This document shows, piece by piece, positions 39,237 through 53,811 of a stretch of 64,000 bases of DNA. The stretch covers positions 35,774,001-35,838,000 of the forward strand of contig OZ024745.1 of the NCBI GenBank assembly GCA_964016885.1. The letters are read 5' to 3'. Within the stretch, counting starts at the first letter, position 1. Each line of letters opens with the position of its first letter. A program made the translations under genes and the position numbers. The notes beneath the pieces were generated by a model that made no database searches, had not been told where the DNA came from, and was given only the letters and a program-made list of their open reading frames with translations. The DNA is from Eledone cirrhosa (taxonomy: Eukaryota).

Positions 39237-39769
39237 GGGTTTGGCATAATGGGAATGGACGATTTGTTTTTGTTATTAATGGTATCTAACCAGAGCTCTG
39301 TGTCTAGTACGGGTAATCGATGGTTGGGGTGTTTGCTTGGGTAGTCTATAGTAACTCTAATACTCTGGTGGATGGAGTTAGCTATTTGCTGGATGCTTTC
39401 CATTGTATTAGTAATAATAATACCGCGCGCGCTCTACATAATGTGGATATACAGAATATTTGTAAGCAAATAATTCATACGAAATACTTCCCTGTGGCAT
39501 TTTCGCCTCTACCCTTTGTTGACACTTGTTCAATTTATAGTTTATTTCTCTTTTCCAACATGTTTTATTGTGCGTTCTTGCCTTGAGGTCTTACCGAGTG
39601 AAAACATGTTACTTAGAAATATGTGAATATATAATCTCATCCCAAAATTTTCTAAATACACGTATACCTAAACAGCTTGTGTTCTCAATATTACTATCAG
39701 TTCCAAGTGCTTTTAAGTTAAATTCACGAACACAGCACTTTTAAAATCTTTATTTTGCATATCATAAAG

Positions 39770-40095
39770 ATCTGGTCGGGATTGCACAGGTTTGCGTTTT
39801 CCCTACTAGGTTCTCGACGACAAGCGCCAGCCCCGTTGCTAACACCTTGGCCAAAATCTTTAACTCTGTGTTGAGCAAAGTTATGGGTCCAAAGTTGCTT
39901 AGTTCGCCCCCCCCCCCCTGTTTTCGTCTTTCCTGATCAGCGTTACTACGCCCCTGCCTGCAGAACTGGGAATTCTCCCGTTCCGCAGCGGCCCAGAGCG
40001 TTCCGTATCTCAGTGGCTGTGATCGGTCTTTTGCAGAACTAGACGTCCATGCTTGAGGGACGTGGCAGGCCGTCGAGGTATGAACCGGAGTTTAT
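39770..40095 (-). mobile_element. Tx1-like RT fragment
   Basis: Minus strand reads YLDGLP, NGRIPS and NFGPITLLNTELKILAKVLA, homologous to ORF2 at ~20030-20330. Confidence 0.8.
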
Positions 40096-40168
40096 TGCCC
40101 CAAGATAAATAGATAGATATATACATATATAGAGAGAGAGATCGAGAGAGAGCGAGAGATAGAGAGGG

Positions 40169-40255
<87 letters not shown>

Positions 40256-40834
40256 CTGAGAAATATATATGAGTTCATGAGTTCATATCCCACCCATATC
40301 GACTTAAAATTTATCCATTCAAAGATCAAGCTATACATGTTTTAACCTATGATCAAGTGACATTCATAATGTGAATCGTGTATGCTTATTGAAGATAAAC
40401 ATATAGTATATACCTCCATATACACAGCTGTTATGAACCTCGTTATGTTCTTATTACTGTTAATTAACCCTTGCAGTCATGTTCACACCGTAAGGCAAAC
40501 AATCATCTCCAACCGATAGTTTATTTTGTACTATATGCAAATCTAGATGCTTTATTCGCAAAACGTTTATAATCTTTTAGCTTATTCTTGTCTAAGTACC
40601 GGAGGAATAAATGTTTCCATTGACGGGCAGAATTCTAGAAATACATGTTAGGCATTCTCATCTGTTATTGATATATTTGTCAAATGAATCACAGCTTAAA
40701 ACATACATAGCGAGACCATTTATGTTTATTATATATGAATATCTGGTATATGCCTACATGTACACTTCATTGACTTCACTATGTTAATGCAATTTTTAAT
40801 ATATGTCTATATGTTTACATACACTTACACTCAT

Positions 40835-40896
<62 letters not shown>

Positions 40897-41100
40897 CGTT
40901 TCTGAATTTGTTTAGCAAGATTCTTTATCTGAAATCGTGTGTTGAAACCGATATTGTTATACTTTGGGAGGGACATGTTGCCAATAAGAAACACACGCAC
41001 CAATTGTTTTCACTTCAGTTTATTATATATTTATAAATTTACAAATTTATAAATTTCTGGTTGGTTGGTTGGTTCCACAACCAGATAGTTGTTTATATAT

Positions 41101-41145
41101 AGTCATAGTCCTTTCGTCACACACTCTGTGACCTCTTCAGTGACT
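41101..41145 (-). ncRNA. Hammerhead (family F), left arm of palindrome
   Basis: AGTCA-CTGAAGA-G-GTCAC/GTGAC-GAAA-GGAC-TA-TGACT. Confidence 0.8.
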
Positions 41146-41319
41146 GGGGATTCCTTTCTTTGTTTCTGTGCCTTTCCTTTCTTCTGTCCTACGCCATTTT
41201 GTTTCTATGTGTGTGTTGTGTGCTCAATCTGCGCAGACTGAGCACACAACACACACACATAAACAAAATGGCGTAGGACAGAACAAAGGAGAGGCACAGA
41301 AACAAAGAAAGGAATCCCC

Positions 41320-41364
41320 AGTCACTGAAGAGGTCACAGAGTGTGTGACGAAAGAACTATGACT
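41320..41364 (+). ncRNA. Hammerhead (family F), right arm of palindrome
   Basis: AGTCA-CTGAAGA-G-GTCAC/GTGAC-GAAA-GAAC-TA-TGACT. Confidence 0.8.
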
Positions 41365-41576
41365 ATATATAAACAACTATCTGGTTGTGGAACCAACCAA
41401 CCAACCGGAAATTTATAAATTTATAAATTTGTAAATTTATAAATATATAATAAACTGAAGTCAAAGCAACTGGTGCGTGTGTTTCTTATTGGCAACATGT
41501 CCCTCCCAAAGTATAACAATATCGGTTTCAACACACGATTTCAGATAAAGAATCTTGCTAAACAAATTCAGAAACG

Positions 41577-41667
<91 letters not shown>

Positions 41668-42363
41668 GGATGAGATGAGAGGATGATGACTTGATTTAAA
41701 TAGGTAAACTGAAAGGGAAACATGTCTGAAAACAAGTTTGTGAACTATAAGATTCCAACGTGTTTATTTCCCCTTTGGTCCTATATGAATTTGTCTAGTA
41801 TCTGTCATAAGTGTTACTGAAGACAAACTACGAAAGAAGAAATAATTGGAGACTTCAGAAAAGTTAGATAGCTGATATAGCGTATTATAAAAGTCTCTAG
41901 AGTAATAGTAACCAAGAATGTATGGACAATATTCTTCTAACTACATTTAAGCTCTGTTATATTGATTTCTTAAATTTCATACATATTTCAGACTAAATAT
42001 ATTAGCAAACATCAGATAGTCAAAAGCATTAAATCATCGGAGTGGAGGCAACATTGGCGAATGGGTCAGAGGGTTTGATGCCATTGCGTATAATGATGAT
42101 GAAGTATCATTTACCATCAATTTGAGTCGACCCATTAGTTGTAAGTGAAATGATGTGGGCGGAAATCGTTTTAGAGACTGCTGGATATACTGTTCCTGCA
42201 ATGTGCCATACATTGCACCACACTGAATCTACCATGACAATTACGCTAAAGGTACACATATCTTGGAAATTAATTTGTCAATTACACGTTAATGTCACGA
42301 GTTGGATGACCCGTTGATAGGAGTTGTTTGCGATTATGTTTAACTCATGGATTTATCTTCATT

Positions 42364-43200
42364 TTAATGCAATTTTGGACTAAAGCATAGTCTAACCAAC
42401 AGTCTGACGAGGGAAAGTCGCACCATGACGTAGTAAAATATATACCAATGACAATGGATAGTCCGATATGTATTGGTCTGTTGAAACAAGGTATTTGTTA
42501 TACAGAGACCAAATTCACTGCACAAGGAGAGCAAAAGTAATCTATTTTTGCTCTCCAATGCCATGTTTATCGAGTCAATTTAAATATGTATTAACGCCAG
42601 CATTGAAATCACCGAAGAGTATGACCTTGCCAGGCCTTGGCAAACGATTTAAAAGTTCAATAACAAGAGTAACACTTATTTTTGATTGTTCAAGCTTGTG
42701 ACATAGCAGCGAATCAAGTTGGCATGTTTGTTTTTCCATTCCTAAATACATAAGACGTTATATTATGCCTGTTGGCAATGGTGCAAGGTTGTTTGAAATT
42801 CCAGTTCTGATGGCAAAACCCACTCAAAGTTGTCGTTTTTCGGTTTCAATTTTGCCAGTCGAAAAGAAGGTGTAACCACCGCGTACTTCCTTGAGCAGAA
42901 TAGAGCCTGCAAGTCTTGTTTCCGACAAGGCAGCCATGCCAATGCCATTTTCCTTCAGAACCCGTACAACAATGGCTGTACTCTGCTCAAGTTGTTTCTT
43001 GTAGTTTTGCAATGTACGTACATTCCAAGTCGCCGTCTAAATCTTCAGTCTTTTATTTCTGTAGTTTGGATTATTTTTTTGTATTGTTTCGAATGCAGCA
43101 CGGTAACAGGATTAAGTGACCAAACAATTTTATGGGACTTTTTCTAACCCCCTTCCATTTCCAAATGAGTAATAACCTTCTAGATAGGGGTGCTTTGTAG
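42364..43200 (-). mobile_element. Decayed RTE-clade LINE, APE endonuclease region
   Basis: RLGTWNVRT, AALSETRLAG, LFGDFNAGV and LLLLSLCSEFGLCITNTLF across broken frames. Confidence 0.8.
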
Positions 43201-43386
43201 TAAAGAAGAGGACAATGACTGTGAAATTGTTCACGTGTGTTTCACAGAACTGCCATGTACGCCTTACCACCATACGTTTTGAGACCTCCAGTGGCACCCT
43301 CTACATTCACCATCATTACCGCCAATGTCCTTTTATCGTTGAGTGACCTGTAGGACAAAGACAATGAAAAAACAATGGAAAGATGG

Positions 43387-43590
<204 letters not shown>

Positions 43591-43699
43591 GTAACCACTT
43601 CTACCTAACTCGTCCCATGGACTGAGTGCTCTACCACTACGGATATTACCTTCCAGTGTTCTACCACTATATATTTATATATATATATATATATATATA

Positions 43700-44109
43700 C
43701 ATTTGTATGATGTGGAAACTATTCCAGCAGCTTAGCCCAAATGAATTTGGCATCACATTTAGTGTACACCCAAGGCTTGGGCCCCGTGCTATCCGCCCAC
43801 GACAAAAATCCCACTCACATCACATAACAACAATACGGCACAATTATTTCACCTCAATTGGCCCTGCACTCTTTAACATTACACCAAAAGAGACAGGCCC
43901 CATCAGGTTCAAGAAGTCTTTAGATAAATTCCTTCAAGAAATCCCGGATAAGCCTCCTACACTCGGATATGCCTCCGTAAACAATAACTCTCTGCTCGGA
44001 TGGGCCATGGTGCCCAAACACTGATTTGTATGACTTCGCCAGGTGGTACTATTAAGTTAGACATGGCCTGGGCCAATACTGACCGAAACCTATCAAAGTT
44101 ATTAAAGTT

Positions 44110-44110
<1 letters not shown>
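43700..44110 (+). mobile_element. 3' end of an APE-type LINE (CR1/L2-group-like C-terminus plus 3' UTR)
   Basis: YFTSIGPALFN..P..FKKSLDKFLQEIPDKP..GY..NSLL, a typical LINE ORF2 C-terminus; clade uncertain. Confidence 0.65.
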
Positions 44111-44144
<34 letters not shown>

Positions 44145-44229
44145 ATATATATATATAAAGAAAAAGAGATGAAATCGAAAATACAACTGGAGTCTTATTT
44201 TTTTTTTAAATATATATATTTATTTGGTT

Positions 44230-44266
44230 CCCTTACCGGTTTCGCAGTCTTCTGCTTTTCAAAAGG
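44230..44266 (-). ncRNA. Minimal U3-A8 hammerhead (family G), left arm
   Basis: Reverse complement of 44342-44378. Confidence 0.72.
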
Positions 44267-44341
44267 TGAGTTGAGATGGAGGGTCTGTGGTTTTTCTCAC
44301 ATCAGATGTGAGAAAAACCACAGACCCTCCATCTCAACTCA

Positions 44342-44378
44342 CCTTTTGAAAAGCAGAAGACTGCGAAACCGGTAAGGG
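44342..44378 (+). ncRNA. Minimal U3-A8 hammerhead (family G), right arm
   Basis: CCTT-TTGAAAA-GCAG(AAGA)CTGC-GAAA-CCGG-TA-AGGG; palindromic stem III ACCGGT. Confidence 0.75.
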
Positions 44379-44510
44379 AACCAAATAAATATATATATTT
44401 AAAAAAAAAATAAGACTCCAGTTGTATTTTCGATTTCATCTCTTTTTCTTTATACTTTCACTCGTGTAGGACACCTCGGTTATTTTTCATTTTGTAAAAA
44501 AAACCCTCAC

Positions 44511-44560
<50 letters not shown>

Positions 44561-46790
44561 GATATTAAACAAATGGAAACTATATTTATAAAACCATATT
44601 TATTTCGTTATATTTCAGTTATAAAATATTTACTCGTTGTAACCCAACAATTTTAAATAAAACTTTTGCATATATATATATATATATATATTATAAATAT
44701 TTACATATATACGCGACTGGCTTCTGCAATTCCCATCTACCAGAATTCATCATAAGTTGTTGGTCAATATAAGATTATAGTAGCAGAGGGTTACCACGCA
44801 TTAAGAACGCACTCCAAATCTTGTTGTTGCGTAGCGAGCACCTTAACCACACTTGAATGCCTGAATGAAATTTCTAAAAAGGTTAAGTCAATATAGGGTA
44901 CATTTGAAATATATATGTAATAGTCAGGGTACGTAGTTAATATTTAATATGGCACGCATGCGAAATTTTCCTAAAATAGCAAAGAAAAAGTGATCAAATT
45001 GTATTGATAAAAATGACGTGGTAAAAGTACAATCAATAGTGAATTGTTTGGGAGTTATACATCCTACGAAGAATCTTATAAAGTTGATATCCTGGTCAGA
45101 AAATGGAGATTATTCCGATTTAGCACTTGTCTAGTTATTGATTTAGTCATAAAGATATAAGGAATTTATTTGTTTTCCCAGGTCTAGATATACGCATAGA
45201 AAATGTGTGCCATTTAAACGTGACTATGTTTCTGAAAGCAAATTAGAGAATTGGCTTGAGATATTGGATTAGGTTGAAATGAAAACAGTAGATCATTGGA
45301 ATTTTATTTATAAAGTCAGGGAGATTGGTAGCGTTAGTAATGGCAATTAAAATGGAAGAGATGTTGCTGACATAGGCTAGCTTGTTAGTGGAACTAAAAG
45401 TGTGTTATATGTTTGTGATCAAAACATAGCCACACAAGCAATTCAATCTGTTGAAAGATAGTAAGTCAGTGCAGTAAGATATCAATAGAGCAATTTTCTA
45501 GGGGAATCACAATATAGTTTGTTGGAACTGAAGTAAAAGCAAATACTACACTAGGTAATGATTTCACTCATTTGACTGTGACCATGCAGGGGCATTCCAT
45601 GCATTTTAGCCAATTATATCTAACGCAAAACAAGTTTTCCTTCCAAGGAGGGAATTTATATCCATCTCTATATATCAAACCGTTAAGTTACGGTTCAGGA
45701 ATCACCATTCAACGTAAACACAGAAGGACACGCGTGCATGCATGCACAGCAGACAATAGAGAAACATATTGGTTTTCGTTACGAAAACATATTCTTCTTT
45801 GATAGCGATGCTACCTAATTTTTTTTATTGTACATGATCTTATAATATAGGATTTTAGGTTAAAAAAAAATTATCATTATATTTCTTAACGCAGAATTAA
45901 TGTGAATTTCAGTAAATAAGTACTAACATCTTTTTCTATATTTAATAGGAAATATAGTTAATCTAATTTCGAGATAAGTCTAGGTTTACTAAGTCCCCAA
46001 TAGAACATAGACGTTTGATACTTTAAGAATAAAACATCATTCTAGTTGGATCTAATTCAACATCAGTGTATTCATAACACACTTCCCCTTCTTTTCGTCT
46101 CTCTGGAAAAGCAAACAACACCATGTTCTTGAAATGGAAGGCAGTGAAATTACAAACACAACGGCAAAGGTCAAGGCCAATATCCGTTGCCAGGTCTTTA
46201 CAAAGCAATCCCTCAAACACCATTGACTATTTCTTGCAGAAAGTTAATTGAATCAGATCGATCTAGCTAAAGATTGCGATTCTCGTGTTGTTAGAACTTA
46301 TAGGATATCTCTAAACTACCTTCATGTGAGGTGAAGTGGGATGCAATGTCTGTTCGTAGGAGAACACAACTTCTCAACGGTGGACAGGGGAATATTTAGA
46401 GGGTCTGTAAACCTACAGGAAATAGTAGCCAAATCAATAAGACGCCCTGATACTTAAAAAAAAGAACAGATATAATGTGTTCTGAGATATACTATATTTA
46501 ATTTAAAAAATAAGTAGGTGATTTACTTGCTGATTAATTTTTTACGGTATTGTTGGTGCTCTGATCTTGGTGGTGACGGAACAGTTGACGGTTGTATAAT
46601 GTATTCCTGACTGATGCTGCTTGTACAAATCGGGCGTATTGTCCCAAGTAGGTGGCTGAATTTTTAGTTATTTCATATGTTGGTATATTGATGTCTGTCT
46701 GGCAAACGTGACATGTAGCTGCGAGAAATGTTTGAATAGGGTGAGAAAAGGAGGTGTAGTCCAGCACAACTTGAGGAGGTAGAAATTGCA

Positions 46791-46856
<66 letters not shown>

Positions 46857-46865
46857 TGGGTGTGT

Positions 46866-46909
<44 letters not shown>

Positions 46910-46949
46910 ATCTCTATATGTATATGAACAGGTATAGAATATTTACTAG

Positions 46950-47447
46950 GGAAGGCCGTTTGGGGTCCACCCGGTATTGTCAGTGAAATGCTAATATCAG
47001 CTGGCATGGTAGGGGACGTGCTAGTCAAATGCATGGTTATTCAAGTAGTAGAGGATGGTGTCATACCCAATGACTGGTGCAGCACATCATTGTTAATTCC
47101 TACAACGGCAAGGAGGATGCATTACAGAGAAATAAGTACAAAGGCATCAATTTGATGGAGCAGACCATGAAAGTTGTTGAAAGTGTTATAACACAAATAA
47201 TTAGGGACAGATTAAATTTAGATGAAATTCAGTTTGTACATATGTCAGCTTGGGATACAGCCGATCTCCGTTTTCTGGTGAGATGACTACAGGAGAAGTA
47301 CTTACTAAGAGTAAGTTATTGTATCTAGCATTTGTAGATATGGAGAAGGCCTTGGACTTGGTTCCACGCTCTATAATCTGTTGGGCAGTTAGAAACCTAG
47401 ATGTAGCTGAATGGCACGTGATCGTCATCCTCTGTGTACGCAAATGA
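46950..47447 (+). mobile_element. Decayed RTE-type RT fragment; partial inverted duplicate at 47729-47865
   Basis: KAVGSTGI..EML, IPNDW, NKYKGINL, LYLAFVDMEKALDLVPR. Confidence 0.75.
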
Positions 47448-47877
47448 AACTATAGTATAACAAGACTTACTACTTAGCCATAATATATAAATATTTAAAC
47501 TCTACTTCTGTATTAAGTACTATTTTCTCTCCTCTCTCAAATATATACGGATGTGTGGCTTAATGGTTAGAGCGTTGGAATTTATGGGCGACTGCTGGTC
47601 TTCCACAAAGACACCTTTCCCGGGTTTTTGCCTCATAGGGGAACTTTCTAGGTGCCAAATCATGGTCTTTCGTGACTGAATAGGGCCTACGACCTTTATA
47701 TTTTTGCGCATATATATATATATATATAGGTTTCTAGGTGCCCAACAGATTATAGAGAGTGGAACCAAGTTCAAGGCCTTCTCCATATCTACAAATGATA
47801 GATACAGTAACTTACTCTTAGTAATTCTCCTGTAGTCATCTCACCAGAAAACGGACATCGGTTGTATATATACACAC

Positions 47878-47917
<40 letters not shown>

Positions 47918-50900
47918 ACATTTGTGTCTCTGTGTGTGTAATAATGTACTTACAACGCGTCTATATTTTGAATGTCGCTCTATATTTTCTTAGTATATAT
48001 TTTCGATGTAAAAGACATTTATTCATAATATAGTCCATTTAAATTTAATTTTCCGTAATTTAGATATTTAAACGAAGTCAAATTTATGCAGATTTTAGTA
48101 ATTGCTGTTAAATTTGGCAAACCTTTATGGTAAATAAATATAATTACATATAATTAATTTTTGGCACGTTTTCAAATTGTAATACACTTTGCATAGACTA
48201 TAAATTTAAGTAAACATACTTAAAGCGGTGTAAATCTAAGAAAGTAAAGGACATGAAGTCAGATTTGGATAAAGGTTTGTTCATTTAATGTGACAATAAA
48301 TCAAATAAAGAAGGGAAATCTATACATTATTTAATGCACTTTTTTTATTTAGTATTTTAAATGAATAATAGCATAAAAACTTATCTGCTGTTGCGCGTTT
48401 GCTTTTAGATTATATTTTGCTGCCTTAATATTATATGTCAATGTGATTTTTTTAATATGTACTTTCAGTTATTTATATTTACAAGTAGAAAATGAGAGAC
48501 AAAAATAATTCTGAAGAAAATAAATTAAAATAGAATATAGAAGGGTGAATAGGGGAGATGCCAAATTCTACACCCATGACTGGTCGGTACACGTCGGTTA
48601 CACCCCTCGGACATGATAGCGAAATTATTGCTAGTCATAACAGACCAGACAGTGATAGCTACTTCATCAGCCATTCCACCTCTTCTTCTCTCGACTCACC
48701 CTTGGAAAAGTCAATCCGTTGTCTGGTGAAACTAGTCAGTCAATACTTAAATTACACAAAAATATATCGTTGAATTGGAAGTATTTATTTTAACATATTC
48801 TGTGCAATAAATGGAAGTTATGAACTAAACTGCTAGGCTTTACATTTTTAATGGAAAATGAACTTGTCCTACCATGAACTTTCCTGTTGACTGCTTTCAC
48901 TGATACCAGATTTCTCTCAAATTCAAAGCCTTCGATTGCTTTGAAAAACCATTGGCACTGTACCAAACCTTCTCCATGGTACTTATGAAAGAGGTAAAAA
49001 TCCAGGAAGAGTGATTTGGACTCAAAATATCGTTGATATGTAAGATGATGTACAAAAACAAAAAATGTTTAAATATAGGAAAAATGAATTCGTCTAAAAT
49101 GTTTTGTAATCTCATCATTAAATCATTTGGTGATTTTTCAACGAAATTAGCTATAGAATTTCCAGAGGTATTGCCCACTGTTTAAGAATTTTTTGAGTAT
49201 CTCAGTAGTTTAGTAAAATACGGAATGATAAGTAGCTGACTCATATGTGGTCCAGAAGGAACCCCATATCTACATAAGTCATATATCAGGCTAAGCGCGC
49301 CAACAAATAAATTCCATCTTAACGTCGATGCTTATATCCATATATTCATGGATTAGGAATAATTATGAATAACTACCTCGCGATGCGAAAAAAATAAATG
49401 CAAGAATGCCAACATACATCACAACAAATCAATAGTGAGGACATACGCATATTTAAACAAATTATCTCTTAGAAGCTATAGTAACATTATAAATGATAGG
49501 AAGCCGGCAAAGCCAAGAAAGTAATACATAAAGCATATACAAAATCACTGCGCTCCTCTATAGAGATATATAGATTGAGATTGATGGATCAATATGAGCT
49601 CTGGTAAATGTAGAAGGATATTCTACACATACACATACGCACTCACAACCACACGCATACATCTATTCAGGCCCATATATAATACAAACACACACACACT
49701 TAAGATAACCGTTAATATATCCAACATTCTCGGTATACCCTTTTGAAACAAGAAAATGGATACTCTCCTTCAGAGAAAGTGTTGTGTTCACTTGCATATT
49801 ATACCACATATGAATAATACGTAGATTCCAGTTTATGTATGGAAAAACCTAATAATCATCCTAAACACTCTACGTCATTTCGAAATAGAAAAATGTAACA
49901 AGCTCTTAAATATATATGTATTCGTGATGTTTGATCTAACATTTCATGTAGAGTATTTCTATTTAAAAAGACAAGTAATAGTAGAGAAACTGGAAGAAAG
50001 AAACTCTGTAATCTACTGATGATAGGAGATTGACCCTGGACGAAATGATTATTCTTAAATATATTTTTGCTAAGGGAAATTAACCCTTAGTTTCTTTGTG
50101 TAGAAACCTTAGGTCTCTCTATTACATAAAATTGCACATTGCAGAACACATCCAAGCATAGCTTCAATGCAAACCTAGAGTAATATGCAAAGTTCCTTAA
50201 AAGGCCATTGAAATCTGAAAGACGACGAATTGAAAGAGTAGAAACAGAGAGTTATACGATCCCGGGTATCACATATTAAGTCAAATATAGTGCCCTATGA
50301 TTGGTACCTATTTCAGTATTTACGTTTTGTTTGGTTACAATATGCAACACATGCACACTCCAGCTCTCTATGATCCGAGTTCAAATTCCACCGAGGACAA
50401 TTTTATGCTATAGCCTTTACAAGTCCAGTACTGAGGTCGATTCTTTATCTATATCTCTTTCTCCTTTCTTTTCTCTAATAGTGTACCTCTCTGGAAGCTA
50501 TTGGCTGCTTCCACACCTGGAAAGGCGATGGGATCCACCAGGTTAGAATATTTAAAATAACCAAGAAACTTAGTATGTCACTAAGATGTGAATCCATAGA
50601 CACAGACAACCCCTACTCCCAGTATATATATATATATATACAAACAATCCTTTTAATGGGGATTTAGTAAATTAGAATTTTAAACGTATATTAGCAAATC
50701 GTAGGCTGCTATAACACAATTAAGCCCTTAGAGACGTAAATAAGAGAAAGGGTGACCAGCAGGTATTACACACACGTCTGCTGAATGCCGGATAAATGCA
50801 TCGCTTACACTGTTGCGAGACTGCACGCTTTTAATGTGCAGGTTTATCTTTCAATCAGGAGATGTAAAACATTACAAAATGTTTTACGAAGCGCAAGAAT

Positions 50901-50950
50901 CTTTTTCAACTATATCATAGTCAAGCCCAACTTGTAAATGTGCATTCAAC

Positions 50951-51140
<190 letters not shown>

Positions 51141-53159
51141 ATAAATTAATATATATACGTGTGGGTGTGTGTGTGTGAATGTGGGTATGTGAATGTGGGT
51201 ATGTATATTAATATATATATATTTATATATGAATATATGCATATAAGTATGCATGCATTTGTATGAAACTACGTATGTATGTATACTCTTATATGTGTAT
51301 ACGTGAATGTTTTATAAACTAGAGTATGTGTGTCATCAAAATTCAGAGAAAAATATATATAGATAAACAATATCAATAGATTTCGTGGATAAATGAGTAA
51401 AATGTTGGATAGAGATTTTTTTAGGTATTATTAAATTTGCTTAGTTGAAATATATGACTTGCTGGAAGCCATAATATAGAGTGCTTGAGGCAGATGTGTT
51501 CTAACTTATACACAACGCTATGATAGTTACATTGAGGCAATCAACGTCATTAGAAACATATTAAAATATCATCGTTCAGATTAATAATATACATTCAGTA
51601 ATAATATTTATGTGAGCCATAGATGTTTTATATTTAATGTTGGGAATAAATTTCAGAGGCTGTCCCTTCAATAAACATGTAACGTGAGAAACCAGAGGGT
51701 TGGAGCCTATTGATTGTCTCCTTATGAAACAACCTCTGGCAGATGTATATTGTTAAGAGCATTATCTGAATTTTAAATGAAACGTTTAAAAGATCTAGAT
51801 ATCTTGAGGCTGAGCAGGCTATAGATAGTATCTATATGATATGAAACGCGTGCGCGTGCATATATATTTATATAATTGTCATTTGCATATGTGTATATAT
51901 ATATATGTTTACACATACAAATAAATATGATTCATTTTTATATAAATAAGTAAAATATAAACATCATATATATATACATCTATATCCATACACACACACA
52001 TATCTATACCGGGTGTTCTGTCTCTCCTGTCATCAATAAACCCAATGGACTTCAGTTTGTTTATATATATATACATCTGCTATGTTAGCTGCTATGTGGG
52101 TTTCAATGAGGCTTTGCATCTTGCTTGATTGCAGGTGACAATGTCTCTCAATTTGGGGCAATTTGCACATGTGGTATGTTTTACTCGGCCTCTGAAATTT
52201 AACATCGGCAACGGTATGTAATTTGAGGTTTCGCCAGTGACTGCCGATGGGACATTTGAGTGGGTGTCAGTCATGGCCACCCTGGTCCTGTTGTCCGTTT
52301 TGTTTGCGATAGTGTTGAATGTGGATGCGCATGGCTCGTTCCGTTTCTGATGTAGCCAAGTGATATGCACTGCTTAAAATAGATTGGTGCTCCGCTGTGT
52401 AGTTTCTAGTGCACATGGTTATGTATTTCTTGGACACAGAAGGTGTGTGCTGTAACGTATACCCGTATTGATTTCTACCGTATAATTTGGGATGGGAGGA
52501 TTGGGTACAGTTCGCAAGGAGTCTTAGACAAGACTATGTCACTGTTTCGTCAAGGCAGCAGGTTCCATTTAAGAAGAATGTGCTGATTAATTAGGCTTTA
52601 GTTTGCACAGGGTATCTCATTCTCATAGTTGTATTACTTATTCGTTTTTTCTGCTGTCATCTGCTTACTTATTTATTCCTTCCTTTTGGGACCTTATCAG
52701 GTAGCACCTCATTCAACTTTTATTGTACTCCCTTGTTTAGTTTGGCTACTTTGGCTTAATAGTTGTATTTGACAGTGACATTGTCAGCATTGCCGGCTTT
52801 CCTGGTCTGGCCAGCCTGTCTGGCAGCACGCCTGAGCGACAATGGAAGGTATGGCCTCTGAATTACAGATGTTCTTCTCATAGTGTGTCCCAAACGCCTA
52901 AATTAAGCGAAGTGACAGAGAAACCGCCAGAAATTATCCTTCCTTCCAAACAATAACCCTACTCCTCCTCTCTATCGTCTTGTTTAAGGTAATTACATTA
53001 ATAAAACCAGTTTACATATTTCTTTTGCATTCTGATTTATTATGTTTTTATTATTGTAATTTACCTTGTAACTGAACCTTTTCTTGTTTAAAACCTATAA
53101 AACATGATTTTTGGGTGGTGTTTTGTGTTGAACTGATTATTTACATTTTAATTAATTTT

Positions 53160-53250
53160 AACGGGGAAAATTGATTTGTAAAACAAGTAAATCGTAAAAC
53201 GAGCTCAGCCATGGAACGAATTAAACTCGTACTGCGAGGTATCACTATAT
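53160..53250. mobile_element. Probable pogo/Tigger-like transposon terminus
   Basis: Reverse complement TA-TAGTGATACCTCGCAGTACGAGTTTAATTCGTTCC resembles Tigger-type TIRs; no partner TIR found. Confidence 0.4.
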
Positions 53251-53733
53251 CTGCATCAACTATAGATACTCACCCACGCACGTGCGTACGTGCATGTATA
53301 TACCCAGCAGTTCAACGTAATACATACGATAAAGGTTTTGCTCGTACATTTCCAAGATCATTCCAATTGTAGATAAATAGATAAAGATTACTTATTTCCT
53401 GAGTTCGATACTTACGAACACGTGGAAAGTATTTAAAACTTTTCCTGTATTAATATATGAAAACATTCAATATACAGATAGCTTTCTCCGGTTATTCAGG
53501 ATTCTCCTCTATTAATACAGGAATGTTATCGGTATAGAGATCGTTACTTTCTGTTATGTCTTACAAACATTAATAGATATATTTTCAGTCCCAATGCGTT
53601 GTATCTGACTTTTATAGAGCCCAAGAAAGGCAAAAACACATATACACAAACACACACGCATAAACCCAAATACATACACACATACACACATGCACACATG
53701 CTCTCACACACAAACACACATACATATAAGTGC

Positions 53734-53811
<78 letters not shown>

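Larger units (their letters stand above)
40893..41580. repeat. ~690-bp near-perfect palindrome of the family F pLTR, between (TA)n tracts
   Basis: Centre TCTGC|GCAGA at 41232/41233; ~340-bp arms homologous to 37951-38235. Confidence 0.95.
44155..44454. repeat. Perfect ~300-bp palindrome (family G), 1-nt loop at 44304
   Basis: TTTTCTCACATC-A-GATGTGAGAAAA; the right arm is homologous to 55543-55690. Confidence 0.95.

Noticed and set aside
48897-49178. 93-aa minus-strand ORF and a possible 84-nt plus-strand exon (48910-48993)
   Set aside because: No homology recognised, and splice-like signals of this quality arise by chance.
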